DNA of 32,000 nucleotides from Candidatus Iainarchaeum sp. (GCA_937968065.1 CALBUD010000051.1:2821-34820); one strand, 5' to 3'; shown: positions 14,801 through 25,103, counted from the first letter of the stretch. Notes: a model not told the origin generated them from the sequence alone. Translations and numbers: made by a program.

Positions 14801-17663
14801 ATAAAGAATCTCAAGGATTTGATCTTATACCAGTATTGGTTTCAACCATCTTCTGAATTTTTAATCAATTAGCAACTGATTCTTTTGCAGCATTTGCATC
14901 TTTTACATTAAACATTTTAAAGTTTGTTGCTATATCTAGAAGATTTAAAAATGTTTTTCTTCGTTGTTCAGAGTATCCAGACTCAGAATAATCAAAAAGT
15001 GGTTTATTTAATTTCTTTTCTAAGTCCTTATAAACATTTCAAGCAACATCCAAATTTTGTCTAAAATTTACAATATCTTTAGAACTTTCTCATTCTTTTT
15101 TAACTAATTCTTTAGTAATTCCTAATCCAGATTCTGGAAGAGTATGATATTCTTTATTATAACGTGCTTCTGTAAAACTTGCTAAGTCAATTGCTAAAAA
15201 TGCTTTACTTATATCTTTTTGTAAATATAAGTTTATTTTATCAAAATAATCTTGGGCTCTTTTACCTTCTTTTATATCAGTTACTTCACTTCTATGTCAT
15301 TCTGCTTTTTCTTGAAGTTGTTTAATCGCTTCTTTATTACCTTCTTTGTCTTCTGATAATTTTTGAATTTCAGCATTTAATTCAGTAAGAGCGGCAGCAT
15401 GTTTTCTAAAGTCTTCAACAATTATTCCTTCTATCCCAAGTTTATCTTTTTCACTAATTGTGCCAGCTAAATCTCTAATTATTAAATAATCAGCCATAGC
15501 CTTATCAATTAATTCTTCATCACTTAGAATTAACCCTTCTTTATTCATTAAACCATCTATATCTTTTATCATAGCTATAGTAATATCTGCTACAACATCT
15601 GCATGAGAATAACCTTCTTTATCTGTTGCTGTAGTTTTACCTTCAACTACAAAAGGTGCAATATATTTATTACCTAAATTTTTTCTTAATTTATTTACTT
15701 CATTTATTAATAAATCTGTTTGTCCATTTCCAATCATTTCATATACTGATTGTCTTGCATCAAACGATATTTCTTGATTTTTTAACCAAGGTTTAGATCT
15801 ATTAAGTTCAAATAAAGCACCACCTAATACACCACCCATTAATGAAGCTGCATATCTTTCTAAACCAGATAAAGAAAATACATTCTGAAATCCTCCAAAA
15901 GTTCCTCTCTTTTTAGTAAGTCCTAAATGAGACATTACATCTACAACACCTTTAGTGGCATCAATTACTAGTTCTTCTGATACTTCTTCAATACCTTCAA
16001 TTATAGCATTTTTTCAAAGAGCTTCTCCAATAACAGATGTATTAGTCATCATATCAGAAATATTACTCTTCCATCCTTTAACTGCTTGAGCAAGTTTAGC
16101 TTTACCTTGTGCTGTTCCAGATGCTTTAATTCCTGCTTCAATTGGTTCCATATATCCTTTTAAACCTTTTCTCATTAAAGCTTTATTAGTTTCAACAGTA
16201 TATCCTGTAGTTTCATCTAAAAATCAATCTCCCATTCTATTGTTCATCATAAGAGCATAAGTTCCTGTAGCTGCAAGTAAACCTGCAAAACCAGCAGTTC
16301 TTCTATCATATCCTCCTTCTAATGCTTCTCCATATATACTTGCTGTTGAAGTTAAAGCCATGTATCCTAAAGAAAAGGATTTAGCCATAGCAGATTGTTT
16401 TCTTTGAATTTCTTGTAAACCTGGAACTTTTGAAGCTAATTGAGAATGTATAAGTTTTATTTCATCTTCATCTATTTGACCAGTACCTCATTTTTTAAAA
16501 GTTGTTTCATTTACTTTACTTATTAATCTTTGCTGATCAGCAGATAATTTAACTTTAGAAGGATGGTAAAATAACTTAGATAATGAAGCCATTGCTCTTT
16601 GTTCATATATTTGACTAAAAATATCTGCAACCATTGTAGATATTTGTTCATAGTTAAATAAAGAACCTTGTGCTTCATCACTAGTAGAAGTTGCTGCAAA
16701 CTTAGCCATATAATTTTCTGCAGCTGTTGCTACATGATTTAATTTACTAGTTTCTTCTCCTAATATAATACCTTCTAAAGATTTATATAAAGTAGGAAGT
16801 GCAGAAGAAAGCCCAATTGCAGCTTTTACTGCTCCATAAGGTAATGCTACACCTGGAATAAATAATGGTGCTATTTCTGCAGCAATTTTTAAAGTAGTTT
16901 TAATAGCATTAGCTTCTTTATTATCTGCATCAAATATATCAAAACTATTTGCTAAAGTACCATCAGTAGTTAAAGCATCCATAGGATTAACTACTTGTTT
17001 ACCATAAACTTCTCTTTTACCTAAAGTTTCTACAAATAATTCTCCATCATTATTTACTTTCCAATCTCCTTTAGAATGTTTAACCATTCTATTACTAACA
17101 GGATCTAAATGTGTTCCATCTTCATCTCACTGTGCATAAACTAAAGTTTGACCAAATAATTTACCAAGAACACTTCTGTCATTTACAGATTCTTCTAAAA
17201 ATTCTCCTTTTTCAGTATCAAATATTTTTCCTCTTTGAGCAAGTTCTCTTAAAGAAAAATTACTTTCGTCCACACTAAACACATCTGTTTTTCCATATGT
17301 TTGTTTAAATGGATTAAAATCTTTACCATATTCTACACTAACATTAAAAGTTTTAGCTTCTTTTGGACGTGTAATATCAAAAGGACTATATCAAACTTGA
17401 TCGAGAGAATTAAGATAGTCAACTTCAGTTAATCTATTATAGTGTCCTTCAGCAACATCATAAAATTTGTCAAAAGATAAATTATCAAAATTTCCATCTT
17501 CTGTTGTAAACATTTTTTTAATAAAAGGAAATTCTTTATATTCATCTTTAGTATATAAAGATGTATTTTCAGGATTTATCTCTGACGACATTAAGTCATA
17601 TGTTGTTGCCATAGGATTATTAATTGTAGCAACAAATATATCATTGGGTTTCTTTAATTCCAT
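8853..17663 (-). CDS. Giant 2936-aa protein: N-terminal region with hydrophobic Gly/Ala-rich segments, a long coiled-coil-like acidic/Lys-rich middle, and an embedded SF1B helicase core. Putative virion cargo/ejected protein.
   Basis: The nine track fragments from 9069..9599 to 17391..17663 are all in one frame and all end in TGA. All eight gaps were read codon by codon with no TAA/TAG. There are 17 in-frame TGA. The start is ATG at 17661-17663 (MELKKPNDIF...), 1 nt after the upstream TAA. The stop is TAA at 8853-8855 (...DNLFINCQ*). Confidence 0.8.
11559..12617 (-). other. SF1B (RecD/Dda/Pif1-like) helicase core inside the 2936-aa giant (about residues 1683-2035)
   Basis: All motifs are seen in direct translation. 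Walker A is ILGDAGTGKTAV (12594-12617). Ia-like is IWFSAPS, with the W encoded by TGA at 12531. Walker B/II is DVLFIDEISH (12219-12242). Motif III is IIGAGDYIQLG (12129-12146). Motif V is GNIQGSEVDYFILP. Motif VI is LYTYSTRSKQATIIL (down to 11559). Order and spacing fit the SF1 helicase pattern GxxGTGKT / DExx / GDxxQL / QGxExD / YxxxTRxK. Confidence 0.75.
15804..16886 (-). other. Three hydrophobic Gly/Ala-rich, transmembrane-like segments in the N-terminal third of the 2936-aa giant
   Basis: The segments are IAAEIAPLFIPGVALPYGAVKAAIGLSSALPTLY (16785-16886), RRTAGFAGLLAATGTYALMM (about 16245-16304) and AASLMGGVLGGALFEL (15804-15851). This is judged by eye only; no TM predictor was run. Confidence 0.4.
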
Positions 17664-17664
17664 G

Positions 17665-19512
17665 TTATTCCATAATTAATTGTTGAGCATTGCCAGACTG
17701 TACAGGAACCTGACTAGAATGTCAAATATTTCTTTGAACATCTGCAATAGTAGATTTTTTATCAATTGGACCTTGATTAACTAAAGCATCTACAACTGCT
17801 GTAGCTGTATCCCTATAAGGAATTGTTATAATAGCTTTATAATAATCTTCTATATTAAATCTAGCATTTGGTGTAACGTCTTTAGCATTTTTACCTATTC
17901 CTACTGTTCATACTTGTTCTAAAATAGGAAGTATTGATCGTTTTTCATCAGAAGATAATTTTTTAACTCAAGGATTATTTTTAGTTAAACCCGTAGCATC
18001 ATTTGTATATCCATACATTACTAAAAAAGGTTTGATATAAGCATTGTTTCTTATTACTTTTTCTCCACCTACTTGATCTATTTTTAGATTAAAATCAGCA
18101 TTTCTAAAATGTTTTTCTGCTTCAAGTGTAGTCCAAGTATCTTTCTTTTTTTCATATTCAGCATATACTTCTTTAAATTCTTGAAAAGCTTCATAATCGG
18201 GTTTACCATCTTCACCTACTGGCATATATATTTTTGCAGCTGAACTAGTCGGGTCATAAACAACATTGTTTAAATTATTTAATTCAACTTTCTTATCTCC
18301 AAAGTGAACTTTAGAGCCATCAGCAATCATATTATAATCATATTGAGATAATATTTGACCAACTGTACTAAATCCAATTGATTCATCTTTCTTGGTCATA
18401 AGTGGTCCAACTGCTCCAATAGCACCTCTAAATAATACATTTAATTTAGGATCATTAAATGCAAATGTAGATAAAGGATCAGCTAATTTATCTTTGTGAA
18501 ACATTTGAAATGCTGTTAAAGATTCTAATCCTTTTTCTGTTTGAGAACCTTTTATTGATGTCTCTGTTTCGGGACTTATGATAGATGTAGTTTGTGGTTC
18601 TGTATATGAAATTAACATATCATAAATAAATGCTTTTGGGTTACTTTGTCCGTTCATTGCTGCAGAAGCTTCGAGTTTTAATTGACTATTTCTACCTAAC
18701 GAAGTTCATATATAACTTAATGCTTTATCTATATTCTGTCTTTTTCCTTTAAATTCTGATACAATTTTTGTATAATCTCCTGGAGTATTTAATGCTTCTT
18801 GTAGTGTTTTGATTGCATTCATATCTTCATTTGTTGGTTCTTTACCTCCAAATGATTTTAAATATTGTGCTAATTGGTCTTTAGAATAATATCTTTCGGT
18901 TTTCTCTGAAAAATCACTCATAATACCCATCATTTGTCTGATGTGATCAGAAATTTTTTCTAAACCTATTGCTTGATCCGCAACAGAAAATACAGATTTA
19001 TTAAAACTTAATTGCGGATCATATTGTCTAGCCATCATTAATTCAGATACAGTCAAAGGATTATACTTACTTTGATCTTTCTTATATGTGTCTAAACTAA
19101 TAGTTTTAATATTATTATCTTTATCTCTGACATAAAGTTCTCTACTTGGACCAATAGCTACTTCACTTAATCCTCCAGATTCTTTAGCAACTTTTAAAGA
19201 GTTTTCTCATATTTCTTTATTATTTCGTAATTCATTGATTTTACCGATTAATTGATATGTTTTAGATCTTGATCCTTGATCCATAAAATTAAAAGGGTCT
19301 GATTCTAATGCACCTAATTGTTCAACAAGTGCATTAACCTCATTTATCAATCCTCCTTTAGTTACTAATTCTTTATACATAGTATCATCTAATAATCCCG
19401 CTTTCTTTTCTTCTGCTTGAGAAGATCCTGTTGGAGCAGCAGGAGCTGATTGAACAATGGGGGTGAACGTAGCAAATCCACCCCCTTGTAATTTCCTAAT
19501 ATTATATTTCAT
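17665..19512 (-). CDS. 615-aa virion-module protein of unknown function, with an N-terminal KLQGGG leader
   Basis: Fragments 17968..18657, 18706..19056 and 19207..19512 share one frame and end in TGA. The gaps and the 17665-17967 tail were read with no TAA/TAG. There are 5 in-frame TGA. The ATG at 19510-19512 overlaps the upstream TAA (19512-19514) as TAATG. The stop is TAA at 17665-17667 (...NAQQLIME*). Confidence 0.8.
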
Positions 19513-22500
19513 TATTTGAATATCTTTAATAAAGATTTCTGCATTAATTCATTGTTTTTAAGAATAGTTTTATATATTCTTTCAACATCTTTTTGAGTTC
19601 TTGATAATTCACTTTTATATCTAGCTAACTCTTTTTTCTCAGATAAACTTCCACCTTTTGCTCTATAAGAAACTGAACCTGGCATTTGCATTGCTAATCC
19701 TAAATTTCTAAGATTATATTGGTAATTTTCCATATATTCTCTTATTCTATTAAGTCTGGCATCAAATTCTTTTGCAGCTTGAGATTCTTCAAAAGTAGTT
19801 ACTGTTTCATCAGAATCATCTTGAGATCATGCTTGTTTAGCTTTTTCTCTAGCTTCTTGAATTTGTTGCGCCTCTTTCATTTGTGCTCTATATTCAGGAT
19901 CAGTCATAGCTGCATAATAATCAGAATATTTTTTATTCCTCTCTTTAATTTGCTTATTTTGAGCATAACCTTGGATAAGATTTTGGAAAGCTGCATTATT
20001 TGCAAGCATTTTATTAGCATCAACTAAATGAAGTGCTCTTTCACCTTCAGCAGCAGAAGCCATATTTTTAGCCATTGTTTCTAAATTAACTAACTGAGTT
20101 TGTCTATTAGATTGATCTTGTCTTTCTAAAGTTTGTTGTATTTGTTGCTGATCAGCAATAACTCCTTTTTCTCTTAATCCTGCTCCTTGTCCTTCTGCTG
20201 TAAGTCTTGCTGCAAAACCTTTGTCTATATCAGCAATACTTCCTGCCATTCTTTTACCAACTGAAGATAATCTTGCAGCTTGTGTATCATAAAATGGAGC
20301 TAAAGTACTTGATGCTCTAAAATATTGTGGAGCAATTGTAGGTAATTTAAGTATTCCAGCTAATGCTGCTCTTTTTTGAGATTCAGCTATTGCTTTATTT
20401 GCTTGAATAGTTTCACCATATCCAACTACATTTAATAAATCTGTTTCATTTATATTAGGTAATTTAGACTTAATATCTCCCAAATTTATTCTTCTATTTT
20501 TAATAATGTCGGATCCAGATTGAGGTTCAAACATTTTTCTTTCTGCAACATTCATGTCATCTTTAGTTACTTGATATACATCTACTTTTCTTCTTGGAAT
20601 AATTCCACTATTTTGCATTTTTAATACTCCACCTTCTTTATAACCTCTAAATCAACTTTGATTTAAATAACTGCCAACATCGCCACGAAGAATTGCTCTT
20701 AATCTTTCATATTCATATTTAGGTAATTTAGATTCTTCTAAAGTCATTATTTTAGACTTACCTGCAGGATTAATTTTAAATTGATCATCTATATTAAGAT
20801 TCTTAATTTTATCAACCTGAGATTTATCAACCAAAGCTTTTTCTAATTCTGATTTAAACTTATTAAATTCAGTTTCATTGTGAGTTTTAATTGCTTCTTT
20901 ATCTTTACCAAGTTTTCTTATAGATGATTTTTTAAAATTAGGAGCGTTTATTTCTTTAGTTAATGCAAATTTTTCTTTACCTATTTCTAATTGAACTTTA
21001 TCATTAGTTCCAGCTTTTCTTAAAGTATCAGCTTTTTTAATTGCGCCTTTATTTTTTAAGAAACCTTTTACAGCACCGGCTCCATAAAATACATTTTTTA
21101 AATCTTGCATTTGAACACCTTCTGTACCTGCTTCTGCTGCACCTTTAACTACATTAGCACCAGAATATAATACATTAGCACCACCTAATACACCTAAACC
21201 TTGAGCAGCACCTTTACTAATTTTCTCCCATCCTGGTAATACACCTATAAGTTTTCTTAATCCTGTAGTTTCATCTAATAAAATTCTCTTAGCTAAACTA
21301 GGATCTTTTGGTACTACTGGTGGTGGTTGCGGTTTAAGAACAAACGGTTTAAATTCTTTAACTTCTTTTGTAATTTTTGAAGGAGTAAAACCTCTAGTTA
21401 TATTTTGATCAAAAATAGTTTTTGCAGAATCACTTGTTCCTTTCTTAATTATAGTAGTTGATGTAGTTTTTGGATTAACTATACCAGCAGCTTTTAATAA
21501 ATCTAATTCTTTATCAGTAATATTAGCTGCTTTATAAGTTGATACTGTTCCTTGTTTTGACATTAATTTAGATACACCACTAGCAAAATTTTTAGCATCT
21601 TCTGTTTTATCAACAACTTTTACTAAACTCTGTAATTTACCAGCTTTACTTGCGGCTTGAGTACCTATTTTTAATGCTCTTAATCCACCAAGTCCTATTG
21701 CACTTAAACCTATAAAACCTAAGTTCATTAAGTGAGTTCCTAAAGTAACATCATCGTCTCCTCTAATATCTCTAGCAATATCAGCAACTGTAGTTACTGC
21801 TGCACCAGCCATACCAACACCGGGCAATAAAGAAGCAGCTGCACCACCAACTGATAATCAATCTAAGAAATCAGCATCAGCCATACTACCTCTAATGTCT
21901 CTAGTTTTAGATTCTTTAGGTTCTTCTTTTGGTTTATTAGCATACTTATTTAAGTATTCTTGTGCAGTTAATGATGTTCCAGATTGTGCTTTCAATATAC
22001 CACCTTTTTTTCTAAGAATTTGCATATTTGGAGATCTAAGTGATTCTCCAACTTTACCAATAACAGATTGATCTTTAGGTGCTGGTACTTCAGATACTTG
22101 TAAATAATTATTTATAATTTTTCTTATAATATTTTTAGTTTCATGTCCAGCAAATCTATCTTGACTTTGTAATTTATCAAGTAATTCAATATATTTATTA
22201 CTAGCTTGACTTCTAACTAAATAACTTGGGTCATTTTGTGAAATATATTTTAATTCAGAAATAGTTTTACCAATACTTTCAGTTTCAGAAGTTATATTAC
22301 TTCTAAGAATTGCATCTGCTGTATTTAATGTAGCTGTTGTATTTTCAGGTTGAGTTCCTTGTATTGGTTTAAATGGATCATTTTCAGAAAGAGTTAAATA
22401 ATCTAAATATGCCGGTCTTAAACCTTCACCTTCTGCAAATCTTTGAATATCTACATTAACAGGTTCACCATTATCTTTTCTAGTATAAACACCATTTTGA

Positions 22501-23771
22501 TTGTATTGTAATTCAATTTCTTTTTTTGTTTGAGGATCTTGTAAAATTAAAGTTTTTGTATAATTAAATCCTTTTTCTCCTCTTTCAGGAACTCCAAATA
22601 TATTTCAACCTTCAAAACCAGTTACTTTACCTTGAATTGGTCTAAACCTTTCTCCTTCAAATTGAAATTTGAATTTAGATGGATCATAACCTTCAACTCC
22701 TTCTTGAAATAATGTAGGAATACCTTCTATATGACTAAAATAAGTACCATAACCAGGTGCATCAGGATCAATATATGTAGATTCAAATAATCCTGTTTTA
22801 CCAATTACTATTTGTCTACCTGATTCATCTTCTAAAACTAATCCTTTTTTAGATATATCTTCTTGTAATCAAGGAGAATCAATGTTTTTTAATCTATTAT
22901 CTGCAGAAATTTTAGTAAACCCTTTTTCAACAGCACCAGCAATTACTGAATCAGCATATCCTTGCTGTCTAAGATTCTTAATAAATCCTTCAAGTTCATT
23001 TTGTTTAGCTTGTTGACTTTCTTGTTTTATCTGTTCTTCAGATTTAGGAAGTAATAATCCTCTAGGATTTCATCCTAATTTCTGACTTTCAGAAACAAAA
23101 GTATCTCAATCATTATTTTCTATTGCACTTAAAATAATTTCTTTATTTTCAACAGGTAAATATTCTCATCCTTCTTTTGGAGTAGTACCATATTCAGAAA
23201 CATATTTTCTAGCAATATTCATTACTCTTTTCTTTTTAGCTGACTCATCTTCACCAAAAGTTGCTAAATCTTGTGCTCATAAATTCTCTGCTCCTTCTTG
23301 TCCACCATATATTGATTTTTGTATATATAATCCAAGATCTCCAATTTTCTTTTTACCTAAATATCCTGCAGCTTTCTTTTGAGAATCACTACCTTGAGTA
23401 GATTTTTTATTTTGTAAATATTCATTAGTTCAATTAGCTATTAATGTATTGACGTTAGATTTAGGTGTAACTTGTCCAAATATATTTGTTTTTATTCCTT
23501 CTTCACTCCCTGTTCAATCAATACCTTGTAATTCAATTGGAAGTTTACTTGCATCTATTTTATATTTTTGTGTAATTGGATCATATTGATATGCTTGTTC
23601 AAGTGATCCAGATTTAATTAGTTTTCCTCAATTGGAAGCAGCTTCTCTTGCTGGTTGTTCTGCTTTTGCTGTAAGAATACCTTCTCCAAATTTCTTACTT
23701 ATGAAGTCTTCATAATCTTCATATAAATTTGGCGAAGTACCTCCAGATTGATATTTTTTAACAACTGACAT
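19512..23771 (-). CDS. 1419-aa tape-measure/ejection-like internal virion protein. It has Gly/Ala-rich hydrophobic segments, a Gln/Ala-rich coiled-coil C-terminal part and multiple x-x-GG motifs.
   Basis: ATG at 23769-23771 (MSVVKKYQSGGTSPNLYEDY...). The track shows no ORF across 21858-23771 because TGA codons are dense there. I read all of it in frame and found no TAA/TAG. It joins fragments 20652..21827, 19827..20618 and 19512..19733. There are 12 in-frame TGA. The stop is TAA at 19512-19514. The functional label rests on composition and architecture only. Confidence 0.75.
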
Positions 23772-23800
23772 ATTATATGCTGTATTAATTGTTTTTAATT

Positions 23801-23836
23801 AAAAAAATAAGGGAAGACAGATTCTGTCTGCTCCCC
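23801..23836 (-). terminator. Rho-independent terminator downstream of the 88-aa Ala/Gly-rich gene
   Basis: The minus strand reads GGGA[GC]AGACAG-AAT-CTGTCT-TCCC followed by TTATTTTTTT. That is a 10-bp GC-containing stem with a 2-nt bulge, a 3-nt loop and a T-run. It begins 10 nt after the TAA at 23846-23848 and lies about 30 nt before the next ATG (23771). It is the only GC-rich hairpin plus T-tract I found in the window. Confidence 0.7.
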
Positions 23837-23845
23837 TTATTCAAA

Positions 23846-24112
23846 TTACTTCCTGCTTACTTTTACAAGTTTTCCGCCTTTTCTGGCATATACAGGTGCT
23901 TCTTGAGGAGCTGCTTCCATTCCTGCGCCACCACCTTCTAACATAGCCATAATAGCTTGAGCAAGCATTGCAGCGGCTTCTGGGCCTAACTGTTGTACGA
24001 TCTGTTGTGCCATCTGCATTAATTGTTCTTCTGGTCCTGGACCACCAGCACCTGCGCCCGGTGCTGCTTCTGGAGCCATTGCTCCACCTTCTTGAAATCT
24101 TTTTACTTTCAT
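23846..24112 (-). CDS. 88-aa Ala/Gly/Pro/Met/Gln-rich acidic protein with basic GG-containing termini
   Basis: The track ORF is intact (no TGA), with a TAA stop at 23846-23848 and ATG at 24110-24112, 8 nt after the upstream TAG. The sequence is MKVKRFQEGG-AMAPEAAPGAGAGGPGPEEQLMQMAQQIVQQLGPEAAAMLAQAIMAMLEGGGAGMEAAPQEAPVYARKGG-KLVKVSRK. It is visibly far more GC-rich than its surroundings. Confidence 0.75.
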   Translation of the reverse strand: MKVKRFQEGGAMAPEAAPGAGAGGPGPEEQLMQMAQQIVQQLGPEAAAMLAQAIMAMLEGGGAGMEAAPQEAPVYARKGGKLVKVSRK

Positions 24113-24120
24113 TTTTAAAA

Positions 24121-24696
24121 CTAGTTTTTTGATACATATTCAGGCTCTGAATCATTTTGAGCCTTTAAAAATTTAAACACTCTCTTCCCTAATGCTTTAT
24201 AGTCACTGTCTTTTTGAGTTACAGCAGCTTTCTTAGCAAACTTAATTAAAGTCTTAGTATTAGGTCTTGAAAAAATTCTTTCTCCGCCTTCCAATTCCAT
24301 TTGCGGAGTTCCATCGTCATTTAACACTAACATTTTATCTTGTTTTACTTTTGTATTTGGAGAAAATTCTAATTCATCACCTGGTTTTACTCCTGAATTA
24401 ACATTTAATTCTAAAACAAAAGCTACGTCTTGTTCTGTAAACATTTCTTCTGAATTAGGTTCTCCTTGATAAACTGCTTTAATATTGAGATCAGTATCTA
24501 TAAAAATAATATCTAAAGGAATTAAAGTATCTTTCATTCACATAGAAACTTCTTCTGTATCTGTAAAAGAAAATAACATACCTTCATCTTGTGGTAAATT
24601 TTCTACTCCTTGAAGTCCCTTTTCTCTTTGTTCATCAGTTTCAGCAATACTTACTTTATATGTATTATCACCGATTCTTATTTTTATTTTATCCAT
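24121..24696 (-). CDS. DUF192 (PF02643/COG1430-like) domain protein with a C-terminal extension, 191 aa
   Basis: The ATG at 24694-24696 is preceded by an in-frame TAA at 24700-24702. The stop is TAG at 24121-24123. The translation is MDKIKIRIGDNTYKVSIAETDEQREKGLQGVENLPQDEGMLFSFTDTEEVSM[W]MKDTLIPLDIIFIDTDLNIKAVYQGEP...AFVLELNVNSGVKPGDELEF. This matches the family pattern as I remember it: GLM...GMLF.F......fWMKNT.iPLDiiFid...yVLEl.aG....GD. The bracketed W is the TGA at 24538-24540. Confidence 0.8.
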
Positions 24697-24835
24697 TTTT
24701 TATAATCTATGAAAGAAAGTTTACCTTGATTTTTAAGTACATTTTTTAAATGAATTGCTTCATTTCAATCATTTGTTTCTAAATGAGTTATATATTTTTT
24801 CTTCTCTATATTATAAGTAATAACTCAATATATCA
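24697..24835 (-). promoter_or_regulatory. Largest non-coding gap in the window (139 nt); candidate regulatory region upstream of the DUF192 gene
   Basis: No ORF longer than 11 codons exists in any minus frame, even with TGA read as Trp. It contains an 8-bp inverted repeat (TGAGTTAT...ATAACTCA) and a 7-bp hairpin, AAATGAA-GCAA-TTCATTT. I could find no convincing sigma70 or Bacteroidota-type promoter consensus. Confidence 0.3.
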
Positions 24836-25102
24836 TTATTTAATAATATTTAAAATTAAATCATTCATAGAAAATAATTTTCCTCCATCTTTATGTTTTC
24901 ACTTCCTTGCATTATCTGCAAAAGTAGCTCTTTTTCTTATTGCTGGATTAGGACTATTTTTTCCTTTAGAAATACATTCTTGTGTAACTTTTCCACCACA
25001 ATATTCTGTAAATTTTCCTCTATTTTCTGGTTTAATATATATCTTTGATTTCCCACCTTTTTTATAAGATGATATTAATTCGGGTATAAAATTTAAATTC
25101 AT
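24836..25102 (-). CDS. 88-aa basic protein of unknown function
   Basis: ATG at 25100-25102, 1 nt after the upstream TAA. Track fragment 24899..25102 ends in TGA, and reading on gives ...ADNARK[W]KHKDGGKLFSMNDLILNIIK* with TAA at 24836-24838. The sequence is MNLNFIPELISSYKKGGKSKIYIKPENRGKFTEYCGGKVTQECISKGKNSPNPAIRKRATFADNARKW... Confidence 0.7.
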
Positions 25103-25103
25103 A

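Noticed and set aside
23841-24155. 104-aa minus-strand ORF overlapping the 88-aa gene in another frame (Arg/Ser/Trp/Cys-rich). The 62-aa ORF 7175..7363 inside the RNAP-like gene is a similar case.
   Set aside because: These are open-frame artefacts, of the local GC-rich island and of a long gene respectively. Their composition is implausible, and they span the real gene boundary at 24113-24120 or sit wholly inside a continuous ORF.
24538-24540. Alternative reassignment of TGA to Gly (code 25, as in Gracilibacteria/Absconditabacteria and their phages)
   Set aside because: The TGA here falls on the conserved Trp of the DUF192 WMKNT motif, and other TGA sites sit in aromatic/hydrophobic contexts. 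This rests on my memory of the family consensus, so it should be verified by alignment.
24697-24835. A sigma70-type promoter (TTGAGT ... TATAAT) in the 139-nt gap
   Set aside because: The spacer between the two hexamers is only 7 nt. I also found no TAnnTTTG Bacteroidota -7 element. The region is kept only as a low-confidence regulatory candidate.
691-25067. Four plus-strand track ORFs (691..918, 17467..17679, 19719..20027, 24783..25067)
   Set aside because: All lie antisense to long, continuous minus-strand genes. They translate to Phe/Leu/Ile/Ser-rich low-complexity strings, as expected from the complement of an A-rich coding strand, and they have no start context or motifs.
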